Shown piece after piece: positions 20,001-28,866 of a DNA stretch of 59,486 bases. A program made the translations under genes and the position numbers. The stretch covers positions 1 through 59,486 of IMG/VR virus record IMGVR_UViG_3300027917_000004; one strand, given 5' to 3'. The stretch's first letter is position 1. Each line of letters starts with the position of its first letter. The notes beneath the pieces are model-generated. The model saw only the letters and a list, made by a program, of their open reading frames with translations, ran no database searches and was not told the origin of the DNA. Origin of the DNA: a virus (Duplodnaviria; Caudoviricetes).

Positions 20001-20727
20001 ACAATTCACTGAATAAGCAATCGTTTTTCTCAATCCATTCTGGCGTGATGTCTTTAATGATGTCACGCCAGAACGTCTCGAAGATATGGATAGCGCATGG
20101 GTTCCCCATGATGTCTTTAGCTTCCTGCTTTAGCGCCGGATCAAACATCCAATTCTTCGACAGGTCAAATGGGCAGAAGAACCTATGACTTAGCGGGTTA
20201 TAGTGCGGGTCATAGAAAGGGTCGTGGGTCATTTCATATGGCACGACCACGCCGCCGTAAGCCCACACAGGATTGCTCATTGCCTCCGGCATACGCTCTA
20301 ACCAACCTTTAATGAACTCATTGCCGGGTGGCGTTGCCATGAAGGCATTGCAGATCGACTCGCAAAACGCCGTCTCCCAACAGAACGACAAGATGGTATC
20401 GTCATACGGTTTAAATTGCCGCAGCGAGATCATGTCGGTATCCATGTAGATTCCGCCATGCTCATAGAGGATTTGAAGGCGCATCACATCAGACACATAT
20501 TGAGGCCAAACGATATCAGACCCGCCAATATGGGTTGGAATATCGCACTTTATTTTTGTGACAAATGGCAAAGGAACGCTGCTAGGCGCGTTTGTCCAAA
20601 TGACAACTTCATGGTCTGGGTAGGTGCTTATTGCCGTCTTAACAGCAAGTGTATTTACGATAGACCACGGGCGTGTCTTTTCAGTCCACGGATAAATGAA
20701 GTGAATTTTTTTAGGTATTTCAGTCAT
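19978..20727 (-). CDS. DxD glycosyltransferase (GT32/Gly_transf_sug-like)
   Basis: IPKKIHFI, SDVMRLQILYEHGGIYMDTD, NAFM. Confidence 0.88.
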   Translation of the reverse strand: MTEIPKKIHFIYPWTEKTRPWSIVNTLAVKTAISTYPDHEVVIWTNAPSSVPLPFVTKIKCDIPTHIGGSDIVWPQYVSDVMRLQILYEHGGIYMDTDMISLRQFKPYDDTILSFCWETAFCESICNAFMATPPGNEFIKGWLERMPEAMSNPVWAYGGVVVPYEMTHDPFYDPHYNPLSHRFFCPFDLSKNWMFDPALKQEAKDIMGNPCAIHIFETFWRDIIKDITPEWIEKNDCLFSELFTCTGSG

Positions 20728-20989
20728 GACGAATAAATCTTTTTTCTCGCGCTACGACCATGCTGATCGGGTCTTGGTTCATTGTTAGGTATTTTTCGCC
20801 GCTGGCAGCGTCCTCAAAGCAATCAAGGTAGCAGACCAAACGGTGATCTGGGCGTGAGGTGAAAATCTGGTCTCCGTCACCGTCTTCGTAGCAATACCCA
20901 TATGGCGCGTCCAGATCAGGCCTACGCAGCCAACCAAATGACCAGTGCCATCCAGACTTGATATATTTATCTTGTAGATAGTGGGACAT
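20720..20989 (-). CDS. Hypothetical protein
   Basis: 89 aa ORF coupled to neighbours. Confidence 0.55.
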   Translation of the reverse strand: MSHYLQDKYIKSGWHWSFGWLRRPDLDAPYGYCYEDGDGDQIFTSRPDHRLVCYLDCFEDAASGEKYLTMNQDPISMVVAREKRFIRHD

Positions 20990-21179
20990 TAGAAACTCTT
21001 CCGTAAGTTAGATTAGAATCAGCTTTGATGTCGTTATTTTTCCATGTCCAGCATTCGCCGTCCATCTGAAAGCATACCCATAGAAGATCGTGATCTGGAC
21101 CATAGTCAATAAGGATGTGCGCTATTGCTGGCCCTTTAGGCGTTTTAACTTGAAGCGGCGGGTTAAGCTGCAACATCAT
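20967..21179 (-). CDS. Conserved small phage hypothetical protein
   Basis: LQLNPP...TPKG...IDYG...WVCF...GECW. Confidence 0.6.
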   Translation of the reverse strand: MMLQLNPPLQVKTPKGPAIAHILIDYGPDHDLLWVCFQMDGECWTWKNNDIKADSNLTYGRVSNVPLSTR

Positions 21180-21180
21180 C

Positions 21181-21657
21181 TTAGGCCTTTTTTAAAATAA
21201 ATCTGGACGCATTGCTCTTCTCTCGCTTTTCAGCCGGATAGAGGCAAAGCTTGTGATGCTCTTCGCAGTAGCTCTGCTTCCAAGTAGGTTGGCCGCAAAA
21301 CCGATATTCTTTGGGGCTTATTTCCTTAATTGGATAGCGGCACATATCGATCCCAAGCTCCATAAGGCCATAGCCCATTAGCTTACGTTTCTCGGCCATT
21401 CGCTCACTAGCGATCCGTTTGATCTCTGCGGATTCTTCTTCTTTTGTTTTCTTTGGTGCGGTCTTTGCCCTTTTAAGGGCTTTTACGGATGGTTGAATTG
21501 GAACCTTATAGCCAACAAAGCCCTCCCTTCGCAGACGATGGATTCGACCCATAATTACGTTTCGCGTAACGCCAAAGTGGTTAGCTAATTCAGATGAGGT
21601 AGCCCCCTGATCCCACATCTTCAGCATGTCTTTGTCTTTATCGGTCAACGTAATCAT
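21181..21657 (-). CDS. gcrA: GcrA cell-cycle regulator homologue
   Basis: N-term HTH W..G.TSSELA...GVTRNVIMGRIHRL; C-term CRYPI...FCG......YCEEH. Confidence 0.85.
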   Translation of the reverse strand: MITLTDKDKDMLKMWDQGATSSELANHFGVTRNVIMGRIHRLRREGFVGYKVPIQPSVKALKRAKTAPKKTKEEESAEIKRIASERMAEKRKLMGYGLMELGIDMCRYPIKEISPKEYRFCGQPTWKQSYCEEHHKLCLYPAEKREKSNASRFILKKA

Positions 21658-21668
21658 GGGTCTATTCC

Positions 21669-22064
21669 TTATTCAGACTTTGGTTCTGGTGTCGGCATCG
21701 TTGTAGCGACAGGCTGCGGGTTCGGCATTGCGGGGCGAACAGGCGCAAACTTACGCGCCATCGTCGCAATATCCTCTTCCAGAGCAACCTTTACCTGTTC
21801 TTCCGCTTGGCTAAATTGTGCGGCAAAGGCCAGATAATTGATGCCATCGACATAGTTGTCATCCAATGTACGAGAGCTACTGATGCGAGCCATTTTCATG
21901 GAATGCATAATCATCGCGATATCATACATAGTGACTTGCTTATCCAGCATCAGCGTTGCCAATTTGGCAGCGCGATCAAACGTATCCTCCACGCTTCCGT
22001 AGCGGCGGCCCCTGTCGCCCAGTGTTGTTACTGAAGCCTTCAGAATATCCGTATGATTCGTCAT
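21669..22064 (-). CDS. DUF6378-like phage protein
   Basis: DRGRRYG...F...A...M...KMAR......DNYVDGINY. Confidence 0.7.
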   Translation of the reverse strand: MTNHTDILKASVTTLGDRGRRYGSVEDTFDRAAKLATLMLDKQVTMYDIAMIMHSMKMARISSSRTLDDNYVDGINYLAFAAQFSQAEEQVKVALEEDIATMARKFAPVRPAMPNPQPVATTMPTPEPKSE

Positions 22065-22326
22065 CGTTTTCCCTTTCTCCATATTCAAAGAACTCTTGCA
22101 CCTTGCCGATATGCGAGGTGTTTATCAGAAGCTCGCCCTTGTCGTTCCAGATCACCTTGCCGGTTACATCGTCGCGGCGTCTGTAAAACAATTGAGCTTT
22201 GATAAATTCGTAATCGTTGATGACCCTGCAAAACTGATCGATGTTTTCACTTGGATGCTCAACGGTAATTTGATGCACAGAGTAACCCTGTGCGCTAGGC
22301 ATATGCATCGTGATGAGAAGCTTCAC
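21976..22326 (-). CDS. Hypothetical protein
   Basis: GTG start after GGAGAG overlapping the upstream stop; INTSHIGKV motif. Confidence 0.55.
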   Translation of the reverse strand: MKLLITMHMPSAQGYSVHQITVEHPSENIDQFCRVINDYEFIKAQLFYRRRDDVTGKVIWNDKGELLINTSHIGKVQEFFEYGERENDDESYGYSEGFSNNTGRQGPPLRKRGGYV

Positions 22327-22673
22327 GATTCTCTCCTTACAACTGTCCCATCCATTCGCTTCTTCCATTTGGAATGGCGTCCTCCGGGCATTGGGTTTTT
22401 GGACTTTAGTTCAGCGCCGATGTGACGCTGGTGGATGCGTTTGACCTTGGCGATCTTAGGCATATCCACGGTAGAAGTGTGAACACGATGGCACTTCCGA
22501 TGGGCAACCAGCCAGTTTGACTCATCATCAGCACCGCCACACTCAAGAGGAATTTCGTGGCTAACATCCCAATCTTCTCCCGGCACAACCTTCAAGCTGC
22601 ACAGATGGCAAACACCCATATGGCGCGTGAAGATTTCTACCCTCATCTTTGCTGTGATACGTTTCCGCTTCAT
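22323..22673 (-). CDS. Small HNH endonuclease
   Basis: CHLC...WDVSHEIPL..GGADDESNW..AHRKCH. Confidence 0.8.
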   Translation of the reverse strand: MKRKRITAKMRVEIFTRHMGVCHLCSLKVVPGEDWDVSHEIPLECGGADDESNWLVAHRKCHRVHTSTVDMPKIAKVKRIHQRHIGAELKSKNPMPGGRHSKWKKRMDGTVVRRES

Positions 22674-23152
22674 AGCTCATAGTTCCCTTTGACCCAGTTA
22701 AAGATCGTTTGCGGGTCTGTAAGTTCTTCCTGCTTAATCCACCATGCTGGAGCGCCAGTATTGTCTTGGTCAGACTTGTCTTTCTTTTTAGCTTTATGGC
22801 CTGATATCCCGCCTACAATAGTGTAGTTGGGGCATTCTGTTATCACCAGCACATATACAAAACTCTCTGGATCATTGTCTCTGATGATCAGATGTCCATC
22901 TTTGCGGGTTGTAGACCGCACATGGATATTTGCAACATCAGGGTCTTTGAATGACCCGACATGACCGCTCCAGTATACACCCATAGCCTTTGCCACAGCA
23001 AGTTCTGCACAAGCGCCATCGATGTCGTAAGACCATTCGCTTTTGTAGGCGTGTTTGTACCTATTCAAGCTTTTATGGATGCTGTCGAGGCGTCGAGCTA
23101 GGCCCACATGGGCAGCCATCATCACCTCTTCATCGCTCAATTTAATGATCAA
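22670..23152 (-). CDS. Hypothetical protein (possible PD-(D/E)xK-like fold)
   Basis: GACAELAVAK...PDV..IHVRST. Confidence 0.5.
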   Translation of the reverse strand: MIIKLSDEEVMMAAHVGLARRLDSIHKSLNRYKHAYKSEWSYDIDGACAELAVAKAMGVYWSGHVGSFKDPDVANIHVRSTTRKDGHLIIRDNDPESFVYVLVITECPNYTIVGGISGHKAKKKDKSDQDNTGAPAWWIKQEELTDPQTIFNWVKGNYEL

Positions 23153-23430
23153 TTTCTGGTCTCGTTTTTGTTTTCGTCTTCATCCTCTTCACCAACCATT
23201 TCTGCCATCTGCTTGATGGTAAAGATCATGCTGGCAAAGATATTGGCGGTTTCGGCCATAGCAAGAGCAGGGTCTTCCGTGTTGCTCAAAACGCTCTGCA
23301 TCAGCAAAGACACAAGAATGGCGACACGATCTTCATATTGCAGACCCTCAGATAATTCATGGAACGCTTGAGAAATCTTAGACAAATCTTGGGCGTGTTT
23401 TAAAAGCTCATCGGATTCTTTTTTATTCAT
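23149..23430 (-). CDS. Hypothetical protein
   Basis: 93 aa helical ORF in operon. Confidence 0.55.
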   Translation of the reverse strand: MNKKESDELLKHAQDLSKISQAFHELSEGLQYEDRVAILVSLLMQSVLSNTEDPALAMAETANIFASMIFTIKQMAEMVGEEDEDENKNETRN

Positions 23431-23442
23431 TTTTAACCCCTA

Positions 23443-23760
23443 TTAAAGTTTCATTTCAGCGCGTCTGGTGGCCTCATGTGACTGCCATTCACTGAATTGC
23501 ATACGGATATATTCTAGCTGAACTTTGAGAAGAGCCGCCTTTTTACGCGCCTCAACCATTTCTGTGATGTAATCTGTCCAAGGCGTGGATGCCTTAACGG
23601 TCATCTCCGCCTTTGACACGGGCATGTCGCCCAGATCGGCCATGCTCTTGGAAAGGAAAGCCGACTTGGTTTCCTCCAAGATGCTGGCGGCAGAATCCGC
23701 ATCGACCCATTTTTTGGCGACGATGCGGAACTGCTCAGATAGTGGAAGATTGCTGTCCAT
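23443..23760 (-). CDS. Coiled-coil protein in recombination operon (possible mediator)
   Basis: VSKAEM..KAS..W...WQSHEATRRAE; adjacent to SSB-like gene. Confidence 0.5.
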   Translation of the reverse strand: MDSNLPLSEQFRIVAKKWVDADSAASILEETKSAFLSKSMADLGDMPVSKAEMTVKASTPWTDYITEMVEARKKAALLKVQLEYIRMQFSEWQSHEATRRAEMKL

Positions 23761-24017
23761 TAAAAAGGGAAATCCGAGTTATCTTTTGCAGCTGGAGCAG
23801 GACGCTCTTCGCGCTGATCATACTCAGGCTTCTGTTCCTTTTCACGGAAAGACATGCTGATCCACTTCTCGCCGTTCTTGTCGGTCTTTACCCATGCATT
23901 GACCCAGACATCGCGTCCAAAGATGCGAGCAGAGCCTGTCATGTCGGCAGACTTTTCGTTTTGCTTATTGCGGTTCTTAAAGATTGAACCGCTCAGATCA
24001 CGGACTTCATAGGCCAT
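23760..24017 (-). CDS. Small ssDNA-binding protein-like
   Basis: GSIFKN...DMTG...AW.K..KNG.KWISMS and SSB-type C-terminal tip SDFPF. Confidence 0.7.
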   Translation of the reverse strand: MAYEVRDLSGSIFKNRNKQNEKSADMTGSARIFGRDVWVNAWVKTDKNGEKWISMSFREKEQKPEYDQREERPAPAAKDNSDFPF

Positions 24018-24658
24018 TAGAATTTTTCCTTCTTACATGCTGCCTCAAGGGCGACAATCTTGTCTTCAAGCTCAGACAAGAATTTCTCAACTTCGCGTTC
24101 AAGCTCAATGATGAGTTCGTCATCACGCTCAATCCGCGCCATGAACAGTTGCATTTCTTCCGGCATACGCGGGTCATACGATACGAAATCGCACCATTTG
24201 CGGCCCGTGCAAGCCATCTGCCATTGCATCTGGGTGATGTATTTGGACGGTGCAGTTTTGCCCAACAGCGTCTCAATATGAGTGGCTGTGTTGGGGCATT
24301 TGATCTCCACCAGACCTTCTTCAAGGACAAGGCCATCAGGAGAGGCCCCAGCCATGGTAATGGTAGGGTGGGAGACGAAGCCGACTTCCTCGACCAATAC
24401 GCCTTCGAGAGCTTCGTAGGCTGCACGGGCCATGGGTTCGGTATTCGTCCCCCACACCATCGCGGCATTTGAAAAGGAATCCCCCTGTTTCCCAGTCAAA
24501 CGCTCGCACACTAGCTCTGCCATATAGTTGGCGCGGCTGGTGCTATACCCGCTTTTCGTCTTGGCAATGATATCGGCTACGCGAGACGCGGTGACCTTAC
24601 CAAGACGGGCGGTAAACCATTGTTCAGACCTTTGGACTAATTCCTGCGTATTCACCAT
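24017..24658 (-). CDS. YqaJ/lambda-type exonuclease
   Basis: QRSEQWFTARLGKVTAS, WGT..EP.AR, GASPDGLV, EIKCP, QMQWQM, CDFVSYDPR. Confidence 0.93.
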   Translation of the reverse strand: MVNTQELVQRSEQWFTARLGKVTASRVADIIAKTKSGYSTSRANYMAELVCERLTGKQGDSFSNAAMVWGTNTEPMARAAYEALEGVLVEEVGFVSHPTITMAGASPDGLVLEEGLVEIKCPNTATHIETLLGKTAPSKYITQMQWQMACTGRKWCDFVSYDPRMPEEMQLFMARIERDDELIIELEREVEKFLSELEDKIVALEAACKKEKF

Positions 24659-25118
24659 ATAGCTCCTTCTTGTAATTTATGTATGCGTTATGGGCTTCTT
24701 CAGCTGTTTTAAAAGTTCCTATTGTTATGAGCTTTTTATTATACGCAATTCTGGCAGCATACTTACCACTGCTTGCATTAATGCGAACACCCATAGGCAG
24801 GTTTTGTTTTTTTGCTCTTTTAAAATGGTTCCACGCATTTTGCGTAATTGTTGCATTACGCAAATTTTCTGGCCGATCATCTAAAGAGTTGCCGTTGATA
24901 TGATCAATGCAATCAGAAGGCCATTTACCGTGGACCATATAATATACTATCCTTGAGCGTTTTACTTTTTTCCCATTTATTTGAACAGCCCAATAAGTTT
25001 TTTTATTTGACGTAACGGGCGACCCAGCCTCTTTACCCAATAAACGTGGGTGTCGTTTAGGTGGATTGCGCCAAAACAACTTTCCAGTTTTTCTATCAAG
25101 GGTAAAAAGCTGTTCCAT
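24624..25118 (-). CDS. HNH endonuclease with AP2 DNA-binding domain
   Basis: IDHINGNSLDDRPENLR.AT..QN; GV......KY.ARI......IGTF.TAEEA; start placed after GGGGG RBS. Confidence 0.9.
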   Translation of the reverse strand: MEQLFTLDRKTGKLFWRNPPKRHPRLLGKEAGSPVTSNKKTYWAVQINGKKVKRSRIVYYMVHGKWPSDCIDHINGNSLDDRPENLRNATITQNAWNHFKRAKKQNLPMGVRINASSGKYAARIAYNKKLITIGTFKTAEEAHNAYINYKKELYGEYAGISPKV

Positions 25119-25119
25119 G

Positions 25120-25734
25120 TTAGGCCCCCTTAGCTGCATCAGCAGTGGCGGCTGTGGACTTCAACACCTTGAGGTGATTCGAGGGGAACATCTGACGGTC
25201 TTTGGCCGACAGTTCGGTCCAGAAGACACGAAGGGCCTCGCTGCCAAGGTTGGCTGCAATATCAGCCTGTTTGAACAGGTCGCTGTTAGCTGCGAGAGGC
25301 TTTCCGGGAACAGGGATGGGGTCGCCGTTCCGAATCAGGGGCGCACGCTCGACAGCGGAATTGCCGTCATCATCATCTGGCGCAAGGTTAAGGATTGCCA
25401 TAGCGCCTTGACGGCGGCCAAAGGTCAAAGCCCCAGCCAGACCATGCACATCCTGCTTATTTGCGGGCCAGAAGGTGGTCTCCGACATAAACTGACCAGA
25501 CTTGTGCAAGATCATGGTTTCGACCTCGACCCCGTTGTCACGGGTACGGGGGAACTGGATCAGCGACAAATCATTGACGGCCAGCGGCTCGCGAATCGCT
25601 TCGCGGATCGATGCCAGATCGGCAAACTTGCTCTTATAGAACGTGTTTTCGCGGTCTGCGCGAGCGTTCTCAATCATGCCCTGCGCCTTAGCAAGCGCGG
25701 TAGCCAATTCGATGATTTCATCAGACATTTTCAT
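25120..25734 (-). CDS. erf: ERF-family single-strand annealing protein
   Basis: LAKAQ, N.FYKSKFADL, LHKSGQ, GALTFGRR, DDDGN. Confidence 0.88.
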   Translation of the reverse strand: MKMSDEIIELATALAKAQGMIENARADRENTFYKSKFADLASIREAIREPLAVNDLSLIQFPRTRDNGVEVETMILHKSGQFMSETTFWPANKQDVHGLAGALTFGRRQGAMAILNLAPDDDDGNSAVERAPLIRNGDPIPVPGKPLAANSDLFKQADIAANLGSEALRVFWTELSAKDRQMFPSNHLKVLKSTAATADAAKGA

Positions 25735-25745
25735 GGTGTTGGTCC

Positions 25746-26045
25746 TTACCAGTTGTTATTCGCGTATTCTTCAGCACATGCAGTTTCGATATCTTCCATG
25801 AGATCACGGTCAGCTTGCATGATCTTGATCAGAGCTTGCTCAAATGATCGCGGGATCAGCGAGTTAGGCTGACGATCTGCAATAAACGAAATCTGGGAAA
25901 TCTCGACTTCGTTATTGACGATGTTGATGTCCAGCCAGCAATCGGTGATGAAGATGCTTTCCATACCCTTTGGCTCGTATTCCTCAAGGTGATAGATGAT
26001 CGGGTCGAGCATGACAGGTTCGGCATCAGGGTTATTAGCGTTCAT
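25746..26045 (-). CDS. Hypothetical acidic protein
   Basis: First gene of leftward operon, GGAG RBS. Confidence 0.6.
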   Translation of the reverse strand: MNANNPDAEPVMLDPIIYHLEEYEPKGMESIFITDCWLDINIVNNEVEISQISFIADRQPNSLIPRSFEQALIKIMQADRDLMEDIETACAEEYANNNW

Positions 26046-26074
26046 ATCCGTATCTCCGTAAAACCAATATGCAG

Positions 26075-26138
26075 AACATAAGCCGCCCTAAAATCGTTGT
26101 CAAGCCCGACTTGACAAATCTTTTCGGGGCTGTATATT
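26075..26138. promoter_or_regulatory. Back-to-back sigma70-type promoters
   Basis: Minus: TTGACA(26103-26098)-N17-TATGTT; plus: TTGACA(26111)-N16-TATATT(26133) with TG extension. Confidence 0.75.
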
Positions 26139-26144
26139 GCCAGC

Positions 26145-26345
26145 ATGACAAAACCGGACCCCATACTCGCTAAGGTATTCGCCGCAGCGGGAAACCAATC
26201 CAAGCTCGCAGCAATGTTGGGTCTTACCCGCGCCGCTGTGTCTTGCTGGAAAAAGGTTCCTATTCGTCATGTAAGAGAAGTTTCCAAAATTACCAATATC
26301 CCGCGCCAGAAGTTACGCCCAGATGTCTTCGATGAAAACAACTAA
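26145..26345 (+). CDS. Cro-like HTH regulator (probably leaderless mRNA)
   Basis: GNQSKLAAMLGLTRAAVSCW..VP...LRPDVF; ATG 6 nt after the -10 box. Confidence 0.85.
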   Translation: MTKPDPILAKVFAAAGNQSKLAAMLGLTRAAVSCWKKVPIRHVREVSKITNIPRQKLRPDVFDENN

Positions 26346-26547
26346 ACTTACACCGGAAGACGTTCTACGTTGGTTCCGGCAGGGAGCAGATACGCAAAAG
26401 ATTGCATATCTGTTCCGCATGTCAGAATCTGACGTAGCCAACTTATTGGGGCAAGCAAAAGATGCGGAATACAATCAAGATCATTCTTCCGTTTCCACCG
26501 AGCGTGAACCGCCTGTGGAGGACGAACAAAACCGGAGGGATGCATAG
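26323..26547 (+). CDS. Hypothetical small HTH-like protein
   Basis: FRQGADTQKIAYLFRMSESDV. Confidence 0.45.
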   Translation: MSSMKTTKLTPEDVLRWFRQGADTQKIAYLFRMSESDVANLLGQAKDAEYNQDHSSVSTEREPPVEDEQNRRDA

Positions 26548-26839
26548 ATCAACGGAGTATTCCGCTTGGCGCAAACAAGCCGAATGGGCGGTTGCTGGGC
26601 AAGTCAAGGGTAACAAGATCGCTGGGGAATATACGCTGGAGATCGCGGCAGTTAAGCCCGACAAACGGCGGCGTGATCTGGGGAATTTGGAGAAGGCTGT
26701 TAGTGACCTTCTGCAAAAGGTTAAGGTGATCGAAGACGATTACCTTTGCCAAGAGATACATATGAAGTGGGTGAAGTCTGGCCCAGAGTGTCTGATAATA
26801 CTAAAGGATTATAACGATGACGAAGGAACAACAGATTGA
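26462..26839 (+). CDS. rusA: RusA-like Holliday junction resolvase
   Basis: LPFPPSVNRLWR, PDKRRRDLGNLEKAVSDLL...IEDD. Confidence 0.9.
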   Translation: MRNTIKIILPFPPSVNRLWRTNKTGGMHRSTEYSAWRKQAEWAVAGQVKGNKIAGEYTLEIAAVKPDKRRRDLGNLEKAVSDLLQKVKVIEDDYLCQEIHMKWVKSGPECLIILKDYNDDEGTTD

Positions 26840-26987
26840 AATTCTGATGGCGGCTCTACAAGAGTGCCAAGAATACTTTGATGACGAATCAGATGTAGTG
26901 GATGGCGACGATGGTCAGCCGGAGCCTAACCGTGAAATGTATATGTCTATGATGATCGATAGTGCTTTGAGGGAGATCGGCAAATGA
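26817..26987 (+). CDS. Hypothetical 56-aa protein (not in ORF track)
   Basis: MTKEQQIEILMAALQECQEYFD...REIGK; AAGGA RBS, ATGA coupling to next gene. Confidence 0.55.
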   Translation: MTKEQQIEILMAALQECQEYFDDESDVVDGDDGQPEPNREMYMSMMIDSALREIGK

Positions 26988-27187
26988 GCGACGACAAAAC
27001 CATCACAGACTACATCCACAACCAGCCTCCGATTTATCAGTTACAGGCCATGGGTCCGATTGCGACCCTGCGCGACCAGTTCGCGATGGCGGCGCTTGGC
27101 GGGATCAACGTAAAGAACTTCCAACCGCGTGACATTGCAGAAATGGCTTATGAGCTTGCCGATGCCATGATGGAGGCGCGGAAATGA
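26984..27187 (+). CDS. Conserved small phage protein
   Basis: TLRDQFAMAAL...AYELADAMMEAR. Confidence 0.7.
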   Translation: MSDDKTITDYIHNQPPIYQLQAMGPIATLRDQFAMAALGGINVKNFQPRDIAEMAYELADAMMEARK

Positions 27188-27432
27188 TTGACCTTAACGC
27201 ACTCGACAACGACCCGTGGTCTACGATCCCAGTGAATAAGGATGACCTTCGTGCGCTGGCTTCTGCGCTGCAAAGCATGGAGGCTGATCTGGCGCGGGTG
27301 ACTAAAGATGCCAGCCATTTCTATCAGGCACTGGTCTTTATCTCTGGGCAGGACATGGAGTTACGCTCTCGCAATCTGGCTCGGCGCACTCTTGGGTTAG
27401 AACCTCAAGCAAATACGGATTTGATACTATGA
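27184..27432 (+). CDS. Hypothetical protein
   Basis: ATGA-coupled ORF. Confidence 0.55.
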   Translation: MIDLNALDNDPWSTIPVNKDDLRALASALQSMEADLARVTKDASHFYQALVFISGQDMELRSRNLARRTLGLEPQANTDLIL

Positions 27433-27776
27433 TCAGCAAAGACAAAACCTACCGCACCCGCGATGGCCGTGAAGTGCGTATCTATGCGACTGATGGGCAT
27501 CCTTTGGAGCCTATTCATGGAGCATTCCAAGATTACTCAGGCGCTTGGAATAGCACCATGTGGCGTCACGATGGAACAAATGTATATGGAAAAGGTGAAA
27601 CCGATCTCATAGAAGTAAAGCCCCGCATCAAGCGCACGGTGTGGATGAATGTGTATGACAACGAAGTCATTCATGGCGGCTGGCGTACAAAAGAAGAAGC
27701 GCAGGGTTATCATGAAAAGAACCGCATTGCTTGTCTGAAACTTGATCTGGATTTTGAAGAAGGAGAAGGGCTGTGA
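27429..27776 (+). CDS. Conserved phage hypothetical protein
   Basis: YRTRDGREVRIYATDG...DLIEV. Confidence 0.65.
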   Translation: MISKDKTYRTRDGREVRIYATDGHPLEPIHGAFQDYSGAWNSTMWRHDGTNVYGKGETDLIEVKPRIKRTVWMNVYDNEVIHGGWRTKEEAQGYHEKNRIACLKLDLDFEEGEGL

Positions 27777-28024
27777 CCGACGATCTTGTGAAGCGGCTGC
27801 GCGACACGTTCTTTAGCGTTGATCCATTTGACGCAATGATCTTTCAAGAAGCCGCCAGCCGCATTGAACAACTGGAAGCGGCGCTGCGGGATGTTTACGA
27901 AGTCTATGCAGGATCAGAAGGAATACCACAGCCAATGACTGCGGCTGAAGGATACTTGCTGCACTTGGTAAAGGAAATGGCAAACACAGCCCGCGCCGCA
28001 CTAGGGGAGAAGAAAAATGACTGA
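27773..28024 (+). CDS. 'DDLVxRLR' cassette protein 1
   Basis: MTDDLVKRLR...AASRIEQLEAAL...ARAALGEKK. Confidence 0.7.
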   Translation: MTDDLVKRLRDTFFSVDPFDAMIFQEAASRIEQLEAALRDVYEVYAGSEGIPQPMTAAEGYLLHLVKEMANTARAALGEKKND

Positions 28025-28087
28025 TCTGTCTGTTTTCATGATGTGTGTGACCGCTGTTCTCATTGCAATGATTTGGAGCGCGAACCA

Positions 28088-28333
28088 ATGACTGATGATC
28101 TGGTTAATAGGCTGATGGATTGCGGAACATTTGGCGCAGAAGGAGCTGAAAGTTTGTGTAGTGAAGCTGCCGACCGCATTGAAACGCTAGAGAAGGCGCT
28201 GCAAAAAATTGCCGTCATTGAAGATGAACATATCAACGTTCCAAAAACCAATGAAGGCGCAAACCTTTGGGCTTGCCTAGCCATGTGCGTTGAGCTTGCT
28301 GAACGCGCACTAGGGGAAAAAAAAGATGGATGA
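28088..28333 (+). CDS. 'DDLVxRLR' cassette protein 2
   Basis: MTDDLVNRL...AADRIETLEKAL...ERALGEKKDG. Confidence 0.7.
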   Translation: MTDDLVNRLMDCGTFGAEGAESLCSEAADRIETLEKALQKIAVIEDEHINVPKTNEGANLWACLAMCVELAERALGEKKDG

Positions 28334-28634
28334 TCTTGTGAATGAACTCCGCAATCCCAAGGGAACCAGCGGTTCTGACTTCAATGCTACCTATTGGCTT
28401 GGGTTGGCAAATAAAGCTGCTGACCGCATTTATGAATTGGAAAAAGAACTTTTTGTGAGGGGATGTAAAAACTGGGATTTGTTTGTTCAAAAAAGTTCCC
28501 GCATTGAGGCGCTGGAAACGGCGCTTGCTCACATCTACGCATGGTATCCAATCAGCGTGACGCAACCGCATCAAACAATTCATGACATTCGGGAGTTTGC
28601 TCGCGCCGCACTAGGGGAGAAGAAAGATGGATAA
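28326..28634 (+). CDS. 'DDLVxRLR' cassette protein 3
   Basis: MDDLVNELR...AADRIYELE...ARAALGEKKDG. Confidence 0.7.
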   Translation: MDDLVNELRNPKGTSGSDFNATYWLGLANKAADRIYELEKELFVRGCKNWDLFVQKSSRIEALETALAHIYAWYPISVTQPHQTIHDIREFARAALGEKKDG

Positions 28635-28866
28635 TGAAATTATAAAACACCTTCACGAAGTAGGCATATGGCTTGATCTGGACGGCGACGAGGCTGAAGC
28701 CCAGATCATCTATGAAGCTGTCGATTATGCAGAAGATTTAGAAAAGCGCGTAAAGAAACTAACCGAATACATCGATGCATATCAGAACCAGACCAACATC
28801 ATGTTGGACCGCATTAAAAAGATAGAGGCCGAATTAGAGGAGAAAGCAAATGGCAAAATACCGTAA
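28627..28866 (+). CDS. Hypothetical coiled-coil protein
   Basis: Coupled ORF using the repeated GGGGAG RBS. Confidence 0.55.
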   Translation: MDNEIIKHLHEVGIWLDLDGDEAEAQIIYEAVDYAEDLEKRVKKLTEYIDAYQNQTNIMLDRIKKIEAELEEKANGKIP

